Below the pieces are notes generated by a model. It did not search any database, was not told the origin of the DNA, and was given only the letters and a program-made list of their open reading frames with translations. The position numbers were made by a program, and so were the translations under genes. From positions 66,278,001 to 66,342,000 of the forward strand of contig NC_083237.1 of the NCBI RefSeq assembly GCF_032191835.1: a stretch of 64,000 nt of DNA, written 5' to 3'. This document shows, piece by piece, positions 12,784 through 48,464 of this stretch; positions within the stretch are counted from its first letter, which is position 1, and each line of letters opens with the position of its first letter. The stretch is from Heteronotia binoei. Lineage: Eukaryota.

Positions 12784-14058
12784 CTAGAAGGATTCAAGGG
12801 TTGGAACCCTTCCCCTATGAAGAAAGGTTGAAACGCTTGGGGGCTCTTGAGCTTGGAGAAACGTCGACTGCGGGGTGACATGATAGAGGTTTACAAGATA
12901 ATGCATGCATGGAGAAAGTAGAGAAAGAAGTACTTTTCTCCCTTTCTCACAATACAAGAACTCGTGGGCATTCAATTAAATTGCTGAGCAGCCAGGTTAA
13001 AACGGATAAAAGGAAGTCCTTCTTCACCCAAAGGGTGATTAACATGTGGAATTCACTGCCACAGGAGGTGGCGGCGGCTACAGGCATAGCCACCTTCAAG
13101 AGGGGATTGGATAAACATATGGAGCAGAGGTCCATCAGGGGCTTCTAGGGACAGGGAGTAGATGGAACCCTCTGTCTGGGGCAGTGATGCTCTGTATCAG
13201 GACTGCATCTACATGTTGTTTGAGGGGGGGGGGCAAAATTTAAAAACTGCACCCCCTTATGGGCCATTCTATCTTATGGTCCCATAGAATACAATGGACT
13301 CCATACCCTATTTGTCGCCCCCCCCATCAGCACCCAGGGCAAGCACCCCCCCTCTGCCCTCCCCGCTGCTTGTGAGGGGCCAGTGTTAGGACTTCTAGTG
13401 TCCTGCCCCCACCGATGGACCTCCTGATGGCACCTGGTTTATTTGGCCACTGGGTGACACAGAGTGTTGGACTGGATGGGCCATTGGCCTGATCCAACAG
13501 GGCTTCTCTTATGTGACACAGAGTGTTGGACTGGATGGGCCATTGGTCTGTTCTTATGTGACAGAGTGTTGGACTGGATGGGCCATTGGCCTGATCCAAC
13601 ATGGCTTCTGTTATGTTCTTAGGTGACACAGAGTGTTGGACTGATCCAACATGATTTCTCTTATGTTCTTATGTGACACAGTGTTGGACTGGATTGGCTA
13701 TTGGCCTGATCCAACATGGCTTCTCTTATGTGACACAGAGTGTTGGACTGGATGGGCCATTGGCCTGATCCAACATGGCTTCTCTTATGTTCTTCTGTGA
13801 CACAGAGTGTTGGACTGGATGGGCCACTGGCCTGATCCAACAGGGCTTCTCTTCTGTTCTTATGTGACACAGAGTGTTGTACTGGAGGGGCCATTGGCCT
13901 GATCCAACATGGCTTCTCTAATGTTCATAGGTGACACAGTGTTGGACTGATCCAACATGATTTCTCTTATGTTCTTATGTGACAGAGTGTTGGATTGGAT
14001 GGTCCACCGGCCTGATCCAACATGGCTTCTCTTATGTTCTTATGTGACACAGAGTGTT
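12784..14058 (+). mobile_element. 5'-truncated CR1 LINE ending in ~10 tandem copies of its 3'-terminal ~67 bp
   Basis: ORF2 C-terminal remnant (EERLKRLG..LEKRRLRGDMIEVYK; HNTRTRGHSIKL..FFTQRVINMWNSLP). There is an insertion at ~13199-13375 and an array at 13453-14058 ending in (TTCTTATG)n. Confidence 0.88.
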
Positions 14059-14300
14059 TCCAACAATGGAACAGGCTCAGTCATAAATCAAAAATCCAGA
14101 TACTTCCCCCAACAAAGGAAATCCAGTCGTTCACCCAACCTCCTTAAAATCTCTCTCCTGGGCAGTGTTATCCAGGACAAGGTTTTTAGCTATAGAACAC
14201 CTTTTTAGTGAACACCTTTTCCTGTGCTCTGCTCACTAATTCAAAGTAATCTAGAAGGAGGAGAAAATGTGTAATTCAAGAAAGCAGTTTTTCAAAAGAA

Positions 14301-14306
14301 TTTATT
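14301..14306 (-). terminator. RPL27 polyadenylation signal
   Basis: AATAAA on the minus strand, 19 nt after the stop codon. Confidence 0.8.
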
Positions 14307-14324
14307 GGTTCAGCTACATGCAAT

Positions 14325-19001
<4,677 letters not shown>

Positions 19002-19005
19002 TTAC

Positions 19006-19050
19006 CGACGCCTCCACAGCGATCGCGCTCAGGCCGGAAGAGGAAGAGGA
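19006..19050 (-). other. RPL27: RPL27 non-coding exon 1 with 5'TOP/TCT tract
   Basis: Pyrimidine tract TCCTCTTCCTCTTCC on minus, followed by donor CG|GTAAG at 19006/19005. TSS position approximate. Confidence 0.8.
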
Positions 19051-19090
19051 AACTCCTTCCGCCGGCGCCTCACTGCTCGGGAAACGGCTA

Positions 19091-19100
19091 TGCGCATGCG
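19091..19100. promoter_or_regulatory. NRF1-like site in RPL27 promoter
   Basis: TGCGCATGCG, ~45 bp upstream of the TCT tract. Confidence 0.55.
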
Positions 19101-19176
19101 TCCTGGTAGAAAGTGAACTGAACAGCCCCTTAGGACAAAGTAGGAGTCCAGTAGCGCCTTTAAGACCAACAAAGTT

Positions 19177-21230
19177 TAGGGTTGCCAATCCCCAGGTGGG
19201 GGCAGGGGATCCCCCGGTTTGGAGGGTCATCAGAAAGAGAGCCAGTTTGGTGTAGTGGTTGAGTGTGCGGACTCTTATCTGGAAGAACCGGGTTTGATTC
19301 CCCACTCCTCCACTTGCAGCTGTTGGAATGGCCTTGGGTCAGCCAGAGCTCTCTTATCTGGGAGAACCGGGTTTGATTCCCCACTCCTCCACTTGCAGCT
19401 GCTGGAATGGTCTTGGGTCAGCCATAGCTCTCTTATCTGGGAGAACCGGGTTTGATTCCCCACTCCTCCCCTTGCAGCTGCTGGAATGGCCTTGGGTCAG
19501 CCATAGCTCTCTTATCTGGGAGAACCGGGTTTGATTCCCCACTCCTCCACTTGCAGCTGCTGGAATGGCCTTGGGTCAGCCAGAGCTCTCTTATCTGGGA
19601 GAACCGGGTTTGATTCCCCACTCCTCCCCTTGCAGCTGCTGGAATGGCCTTGGGTCAGCCAGAGCTCTCTTATCTGGGAGAACCGGGTGATTCCCCACTC
19701 CTCCACTTGCAGCTGCTGGAATGGCCTTGGGTCAGCCAGAGCTCTCTTATCTGGGAGAACCGGGCTTGATTCCCCACTCCTCCACTTGCAGCTGCTGGAA
19801 TGGCCTTGGGTCAGCCAGAGCTCTCTTATTTGGGAGAACAGGGTTTGATTCCCCACTCCTCCGCTTGCAGCTGCTGGAATGGCCTTGGGTCAGCCAGAGC
19901 TCTCTTATTTGGGAGAACTGGGTTTGATTCCCCACTCCTCCACTTGCAACTGCTGGAATGGCCTTGGGTCAGCCAGAGCTCTCTTATATGGGAGAACCGG
20001 GTTGGATTCCCCACTCCTCCACTTGCAGCTGCTGGGATGGCCTTGGGTCAGCCAGAGCTCTCTTATCTGGGAGAACTGGGTTTGATTCCCCACTCCTCCA
20101 CTTGCAGCTGCTGGGATGGCCTTGGGTCAGCCAGAGCTCTCTTATTTGGGAGAACTGGGTTTGATTCCCCACTCCTCCACTTGCAACTGCTGGAATGGCT
20201 TTGGGTCAGCCAGAGCTCTCTTATCTGGGAGAACCGGGTTGGATTCCCCACTCCTCCACTTGCAGCTGCTGGAATGGCCTTGGGTCAGTCAGAGCTCTCT
20301 TATCCGGGAGAACCGGGTTTGATTCCCCACTCCTCCACTTGCAGTTGCTGGAATGGCCTTGGGTCAGTCAGAGCTCTCTTATCCGGGAGAACCGGGTTTG
20401 ATTCCCCACTCCTCCACTTGCAGTTGCTGGAATGGCCTTGGGTCAGCCAGAGCTCTCTTATCTGGGAGAACCGGGTTTGATTCCCCACTCCTCCACTTGC
20501 AGCTGCTGGAATGGCCTTGGGTCAGCCATAGCTATCGAAGGAGTTGTCCTTGAAAGGGCAGCTGCTGTGAGCTCTCTCAGCCCCACCCACCTCACAGGGT
20601 GTCTGTTGTGGGGGGAGAAGATAAAGGAGACTGTGAGCCGCTCTGAGTCTCTGATTCAGAGAGAAGGGCGGGGGTATAAATCTGCAGTCTGATTCGGAGG
20701 GAAGGGCGGGGTATAAATCTGCCCCCACCTCACAAGGTGTCTGTTGTGGGGGGAGAAGATAAAGGAGACTGTGAGCTGCTCTGAGTCTCTGATTCAGAGA
20801 GAAGGGCGGGGGTATAAATCTGCAGTCGGTTTCTTCAGAAAGCGGTGGGGGGTGGAGGGATGGCTGCTGGGCACTCCATTATTCCCTATGGAAACCAATT
20901 TCCATAGGATATAATGGAGAATTGATCCAGGTGGGCTGTTTTTTTGAGGTAGAGGCACCAAATTTTCAGCATAGTATCCAGTACCTTTCTCCGAAATACG
21001 CAACAAGTTTCAAAAGGATTGGACCAGGGGGTCCAATTCCATGAGCCCCAAAAGAAGGTGCCCCTATCCTTCATTATTCCAATAGAGAGAAGGCATTTAA
21101 AAGGGGTGTGGTCCCTTTAAATGTGATGGCCAGAACTCCCTTCAGAATTCAATCATGCTTGTCACAACCTTGCTCCTGGCTCCACCCCCTAAGTCTCCAG
21201 ATATTTCTTGAATTGGACTTGGCAGCCATA
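19177..21230. mobile_element. TAGGGTTGCCAA MITE interrupted by a Squam3 array
   Basis: Left part 19177-19237 and right part 20835-21230 join into the same sequence as the copy at 48570. Confidence 0.82.
19238..20834 (+). repeat. Squam3-like SINE expanded into a ~16 x 79-bp tandem array
   Basis: Single head, then unit gggagaaccgggtttgattccccactcctccacttgcagctgctggaatggccttgggtcagccagagctctcttatct repeated ~19282-20530, then body and a duplicated tail. TSD TCAGAAAG at 19230-19237 and 20835-20842. Confidence 0.95.
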
Positions 21231-21540
21231 GCTTTATTCAGAATATAAGCTTTTGTATGCATGCATACTTCATCAGACAATGGAATGGGGTATAGTGAGC
21301 AGAGCTGCATATAGCTGGTGGGCAGTGCAAAGTGGTACAAAGTTAGAATCCAATGGGCAAAATAGTAAAATTAACAAATTGAAAGAACATTTGGTCTGGA
21401 TGGCATTTGTGTGGGAAACCAATAAAACAGTAACATGTCAGAATGGGAGAGTGAGGCAATAAACGCTGTCTGTTAATTGCTCTATTGCTTGCAAGTCTGG
21501 GCTAAACTGTGGATATGTCTTTCCTGACTGCTAGAGCAAT
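21231..21540 (-). mobile_element. Penelope-like element fragment (continues at 19141-19176)
   Basis: ggagtccagtagcgcctttaagaccaacaaagtt|tttattcagaatataagc is split by the MITE. Homologous to 42945-43200. Degenerate hammerhead core. Confidence 0.65.
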
Positions 21541-21730
21541 TCCTCAGTGGAACAGGCTTCCTCGGGAGGTGGTGGGCTCTCCTTGGAGGTTTTTAAACAG
21601 TGACTAGATGGCCATCTGACAGCAATGAAGATCCTGTGAATTTAGGGGGAGGTGTTTGTGAGTTTCCGGCATTGTGCAGGGGGTTGGACTAGATGACCCT
21701 GGAGGTCCCTTCCCACTCTATGATTCTATG
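21538..21730 (+). mobile_element. CR1 LINE 3' end (second subfamily)
   Basis: gggttggactagatgaccctggaggtcccttcc.actctatgattctatg terminus. Confidence 0.8.
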
Positions 21731-22239
21731 TACCCAACACATCTTTCCAATCCTTCAAAATCCATTGGATCTGGTGATGATAGCCTAGGCTTGACACAGG
21801 GCCCTGACTTGGTGGCTATGAGCACTGGTGTCACTTTCTTTCTAACAAAAAATGAGAGGCAGGCAAACTTAATTTATATGCCACACCTTTTTCCCAAAGG
21901 GGATTTGGGGCAGTTTAAAACATTTAGAACACAATAAATACTTAGCCAGCAGCTGTCAGAACTCCATTCTCTGGGGCAATGGCTTATGGGCAAATACAGC
22001 AGAATGGAGACAAAAAGAAGCCCCCTCCACAAGGAATATGTATTTTGATGCTCTTAGCCAAGAAATAAATCCTGGACACAGACTAATAATTTTGCTAGCC
22101 AGTTCTGAGCAGCTTTGCAATACACCATAGGGAAAACAAAAAGTTCTGCTAATTGCATCTTGTGAGAAGCTTCATACCCAAGACAAAAGCATACAAAGAA
22201 AACTCATTTCTCTAATAGAAAAGAGAAGTACCAGAAATA

Positions 22240-22245
22240 TTTATT
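22240..22245 (-). terminator. candidate RUNDC1 polyadenylation signal
   Basis: First AATAAA noticed on minus downstream of the stop; implies a ~1.45-kb 3'UTR. Confidence 0.5.
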
Positions 22246-23683
22246 ATCAGCAACACACACAACTGTCAGTGGACATTTTTTTCCCTGTGCACTGAACTGG
22301 CATTAAAACAATAAAAATGCTACTGAAAACCCTCAGGGAGCATGACACATTTTCCTGAATGTAATGGATAAACGAATATGAAGCAACAGCGGGACAGGCA
22401 GAGGGGGTTGAGACAGACAGGTCACAGAAACTCCACAAAACAACTTCTTTGCAGACACACAGATTCATAAGGGCTTGGCTTGGCGCTGTGCATTGTCCGA
22501 GCTGGGCTGTAAGAATAAGGCCTGAAGATGGCAGTTTGATCTCTTGGGCCTCAGAGAAACCTAAAAGCGTAGAGTTTAGAAGTACCATATCTGGAACTAC
22601 AACTCTGTAGCAGAAGAAAATTGCCCAGACTCTTTGTACAACACGGGCAGGGCACTATCCTCAGTTCAAAGGGAAAAACAAATCTCTCTCTCAGAACCTT
22701 TCAGTGTATCCTTTGTTACATCCATACAGAGGAAACATGCAGCATTTGGGAGGTTTTTTTTTTTTTTAATGGTACCATCCCCCTGTATGGTCTGCAGAAG
22801 ATGAAATTTCACTCAAAGGGCAGACCTGACCAGCTGAACTACTTCCACAGAAGATGATACAAGGATGAGCAGAAGTAAAATCCTGGTTCACAGTAACGTA
22901 GCTCCTATCCTCCAACAGCATATCATACATACTAATACTAAAGGCATCCAATCACCCACAAAGAGACTGTTCAGGAGGTAGTAGTTATGATAAAATGCTA
23001 TTTGGACTGCTTTTCTGCAACAGGGACAAAGCTGTACACCTCTCAGACCCACATGCTTGTCTCACTAGACCCCGAAGCTCTACCTGAAGGCATCCCCTTC
23101 TCTACCTATTTTTCTCATCTCATCTGACCCTCCCTTTTCACTACACTGTGATGCTGGATCTAATTCAGCTGTAAAACCCGCACGCCCTGCCCGCCCAGCT
23201 AATTCTTTGCCATCTGTAAGCACTAGCCTCAAGCAGACACATTAAAACTGACAGTTTGTCTGGCAAAGCTCCACTCCTCTCCCAGGATCTGCAACACGAG
23301 AGTCCAATAGTTCGAGGCTGTTGGAACAGGAAGAAACCTCCAGGAAGTGAAGTTTTTAATACCAATGGTGCAGAAGGAAGCTGCCTTCTCTCAGGAATAT
23401 ATATTGTCCAAGCTGACTCCATGAGATTGAGGGCAGAAAGAACCATTCTTAAAACACCATCTCTCTGCAGCTAAGTCTCACTAATACTACAGAGGGCAAC
23501 CAGCAGACAACAATACCGCCCACCATCCTCTTCCCCATGGCACTAGGGCAGTTCCTCCCCACAGTTATCAGCCAGTTCTGAATGGCAAATGCAACGGAGG
23601 CAGTCACTGTTAACACACACGAGTGCACAGAGGTGACCTTCCTGGGCCTGCCCTGGCCAGGGCTGAGGAGGGGCTTCAGCCAC

Positions 23684-33470
<9,787 letters not shown>

Positions 33471-33956
33471 CCGCTTTCGCACCTTCAACTCCCCTCCGCC
33501 TCCGCCAGGATTTCAATAGATAACTTCGGGTTACTGCAAAGAAATATTTATTTATTTGTTTTATTTTGTTTGATTTATATCTTAATTCTGGGAGTGTAGG
33601 AAGTGTTCAATAAGCATAATGTTTTATTTAAAACCTGTCAAGCATCGATATTTCCCAATAATCAGCCTTTTGATGATGTCTGCTCTGTAGCTATGGAGAT
33701 GATATGTAACTTGATGGTGAGTTTGGGGTGACTCACTGACTCAAGGCAAAAATCCAGGAGGATCCATGCTGGGGGATGATGTAGGTGCCACAAAATGACG
33801 GGTGCCTGATTTTTGTGTGTGATGCTGCCTACAGATTTTGCCCTGATCTACAATCAGCTGGTGGTTTTATTTTGTCACACTGTACAAATCATAGGAATTC
33901 CTGAGGCTTCGTTTTAAATCGCTAAGGTCAGCCTTTCCCCCGCCTATTCTCTAGAA

Positions 33957-34243
33957 CAGGGGTGGCCAACCGTGGGTAAAGTATGAGTCACATAAAATAA
34001 ACAGCAGACGGTTGAAAGCTGCAAAACATGCACATCAGATGTCTGAGAGCCACAAGACAGGACAGGAAGGAAGGAAAATAGATGGGGAAGGAGAGGTGGA
34101 AAGAAAGCAACTTTAATTTTAAATCCATTCTCCAAGCTGCTGCTGGGTTGGAGAAGTGATTTAAAGAGACAAATGCCTTCTCAATGGGGTTGGCGGGGGC
34201 GCCGCACAACAAGTGTGAAAGAGCCACAGTTTGGCCACCTCTG
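33957..34243. mobile_element. hAT-type MITE (CAGGGGTGGCCAA family)
   Basis: TIRs plus exact 8-bp TSD CTCTAGAA. Confidence 0.85.
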
Positions 34244-34288
34244 CTCTAGAACCTCTAGATTAGACTCTAGTTTAATCTAGGTTTAATT

Positions 34289-34571
34289 GCCCCATGGCGC
34301 AGAGTGGTAAAGCAGCAGCACTGCAGTCCTAAGCTCTGCTCACGACCTGAGTTCGATCCCGGCGGAAGCTGGATTCAGGTAGTCGGCCCAAGGTTGACTC
34401 AGCCTTCCATCCTTCCGAGGTGGGTAACAGCTTGCTGGGAGGAAAGCGTAGAGGACTGGGGAAGGCAATGGCAAACCACCCTGTAAAAAAGTCTGCCGTG
34501 AAAACGCTGTGAAAGCAACGTCATCCCAGAGTCGCAAGGGACTGGTGCTTGTCCAAGGGACCTTTCCTTTC
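34289..34571 (+). mobile_element. Sauria SINE (Squam1)
   Basis: Homologous to 8267-8568. Confidence 0.88.
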
Positions 34572-34734
34572 CTGGGTTGGCGGAGACGCCCTTTCTGAAG
34601 TTGGCCCCATCCCCGCTGGGCCGGCAAGAGCTGCTATGCTGGCTGGCTGGCTGGCTGGCCCCCCGAGGGGCTGGGCGGGCGGCCAATGACTGGCAGCAGC
34701 AGCCGGCCCGGGGCAGTGTGCGTCGTGAGAGGCC

Positions 34735-45556
<10,822 letters not shown>

Positions 45557-45904
45557 AAACCACAAGTTGTAGAAGAAATGGATCTCTTTGTCACATAAAC
45601 ATGATGCAGCCTCACAGTTCTGCTCCAGGACATGCTGTGGGGGTTCCAGGGCTAACCCAGGACTGGGAAGCAGTTCTAGATGGACAAAGGAGTGACTGCA
45701 CCTACTGGCAGAAACATTAGATGGAATTCTGCTGCCTGCTTCTGTTTGGCTTTTGCTTTTCTCACCAGCACCTTCCCCCATTCCAACTCTTTCCCGCCTT
45801 CATTCTTCCTGTCCTCAGCAATCCCCCCCCCCTCCCCTCAATTTCTTATGGATGTTGTGTATAAAGATAGGAGGTTATTCAAAACTCTGCCAGTAAGTAA
45901 TGAT

Positions 45905-45910
45905 AATAAA
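45905..45910 (+). terminator. PTGES3L polyadenylation signal
   Basis: AATAAA ~350 nt after the stop codon. Confidence 0.6.
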
Positions 45911-46696
45911 CCTGGCCTCTTTGCAGACTGCCGTCCATTTTTGCAACGAAGAATTATTTTTGGTTAGTCTTAAGTAGTGCTGGGCTCGGAAAGGAAGATT
46001 TCTTCCTCTTTACTAAAGCACAAGCTGAAAAAGAAAACACATACACATGCTAACTGCTAAATCACTGGTCTCAGATACTAGTTTTAATTTGTTCTTCGTT
46101 AATTGTTGCAAGTTTCAACAAAGGCATAAGATTAAGACAGACACTCCCAAACATGACGGCACTACATGAATCCAGCATCAGCAGACTTTCCTCAGGCCTG
46201 AAGAGGGGGCAGTTTGGCCCAAAGGAAGGTCTCCAGAGGCAGCCTTTCTGATGCAGAGTTATGCCACAAATACAGTAAAGAATCAGGAGCAAAGCATTCT
46301 TCCGTCACGCTTTTGAGCCACAGAGCCCAGGCTCTGCTCAGGTTTTCCAGCAACCATCAGTTTAGGAAATGTGGGCAAAATGGTGGGCATGGAAGGGGCT
46401 TGCAACAGAGCTGTCGTAAGTGTTCTGCCCTTCTACACCCTCTGGAGTTCAATGGGTTTAGCAGGTGGCAAACCTCTTTAAGATTGCCCAGGGGGGGGTG
46501 TGTGATAGGATCCAGCTGAGACTTTCCACTCCTGAGACTTTCTAACTCCTTTTCCCTACCCCAAATTTGCTTTTTCTGGAAGGTTCTCCCCATGACCACC
46601 ATTGCAAAAGTGTACGATAACAAATCAATCAAACTTACAAATACAGGCTCAAAATGCACAGGGGACAGCCCATAAGTATTTGTATTAATAGTGTAG

Positions 46697-47388
46697 TCTC
46701 TCAGCCCAACCCACCTCACAGGGTGTCTGTTGTGGGGGGAGAAGATATAGGAGATTGTGAGCTGCTCTGAGACTCTGTCCTTGAAAGGGCAGCTCCTGGG
46801 AGAGCACTCTTTGCCCCACCCACCTCACAGGGTGTCTGTTGGGAGGGGAGAAGATATAGGAGATTGTGAGCTGCTCTGAGACGGAGTCAGAGAGAAGGGC
46901 AAGGTATAAATCTGCAGTCTTCTTCTTAACCATAGCTAATGCAGGAGTTGCCTTGAAAGGGCAGCTTCTGGGAGAGCTCTCTCAGCCCCACCCACCTCAC
47001 AGGGTGTCTATTGGGGGGGGAGAAGATAAAGGAGACTGTGAGCTGCTCTGAGTCTGATTCAGAGAGAAGGGCAGGGTATAAATCTGCAGTCTTCTTCTTA
47101 GCCATAGCTATTGCAGGAGTTGTCCTTGAAAGGGCAGCTTCTGGGAGAGCTCTCTCAGCCCAACCCACCTCACAGGGTGTCTGTTGTGGGGGGAGAAGAT
47201 ATAGGAGATTGTGAGCCGCTCTGAGACTCTGTTCTTGAAAGGGCAGCTCCTGGAAGAGCCCTCTCAGCCCCACCCACCTCACAGGGTATCTGTTGTGGGG
47301 GGAGAAGATGCAGGAGATTGTGAGCCGCTCTGAGTCTCTGGTTGAGAGAAGAGCGGGGTATAAATCTGCAATTCTTATTCTTCTTCTT
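46697..47388 (+). repeat. headless Squam3-derived tandem array (5 units of ~110/170 bp)
   Basis: Repeats of ctcagccccacccacctcacagggtgtctgttgtgggggg starting at ~46700, 46812, 46981, 47154, 47264; ends in (TTC)n. Confidence 0.88.
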
Positions 47389-47973
47389 AGCTCAGGAAGG
47401 CTGACCCCAGAGCACACAAAAGGATGCAGGAGCTCACAAAGTAGAATTGTTGCTCACAAGACTCTGCAGCTTCGAGGGGACATTGCTTGTGACCCAAAGG
47501 AGTTTCCGCTTTTATTTTTGAAATTCTATTATTATTATTTTTATAATTTACATTTTTTATTAAGAACTTTTTGTTTTAAAATAACACATCAATTCAATTA
47601 CAAAACCAACTAAAGCCATCAACATACATAAGGAGTAAACATACATCACATGCCTTATCATAAAAAAAACAATTCATACCATTACATGTATATCAGGCCA
47701 CCCAACCACCAGAGGAGAAGGGGAAACATCTATCCATCAGTCAAAGAAGTTAATAAATCATGAAATTCATATATTTTACCGGAATTTTACCAAATACAGT
47801 CGTCTTATTATTAATATATTCAAGAAAACAAAACCATTTTTTCTGTAAACCAATCCCCTGCTTTGGGATTGTCTCATAAAGAAATACTGGCGACTAACTT
47901 GTCTTGAATTATTATGTCCCATACTTTATTACACCAGCTTTGTAAGGTAGGACTTTCTATTTGCCCCTCCCTT

Positions 47974-48318
47974 GAACATATGAACCTATGAAGCTGCCTT
48001 CTACTGAATCAGACCTTTGGTCCATCAAAGTCAGTCTTGTCTACTCAGACTGGCAGTGGCTCTCCAGGGTCTCAAGCTGAGGTTCTTCACACCTCTTTGC
48101 CTGGACCCTTTTTTTGGAGATGCCGGGGACTGAACCTGGGACCTCCTGCTTCCCAAGCAGATGCTCTGCCACTCAGCCACAGCCCCATTCATGGCTCTCC
48201 AGGGTCTCAAGCTGAGGTTTTTCACGCCTATTTGCCTGGACCCTTTTTTGGAGATGCCGGGGATTGAACCTGGGACCTCCTGCTTCCCAAGCAGATGCTC
48301 CACCACTGAGCCACCGTC
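47974..48318 (-). mobile_element. Squam2-like SINE with duplicated head
   Basis: Same head-head junction (ccacagccccattcatggctctcc) as at 9775 and 53941. Confidence 0.88.
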
Positions 48319-48464
48319 GCTCACCCTTCTCGGCTCCTGCTTCGGGGTGGGGAGAAGCGAGTTCCGCCCGGCCTACGGCAAGCGGCGAGGGACAAGAGGC
48401 AGCAGCTGCAGCGTGGCCGCAGTCCGGGCTGCAGAAACCGCCAGCCTGTGTCGGCCGAGTGGGG

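Noticed and set aside
12045-12881. Long ORFs on both strands around IFI35 exon 1
   Set aside because: GC-rich CpG island plus MITE and CR1 sequence; low-complexity translation. Only MASEA is coding.
19160-20553. Many 62-226 aa ORFs and a CRISPR-like periodicity
   Set aside because: Products of the 79-bp tandem repeat. There are no unique spacers and the DNA is eukaryotic.
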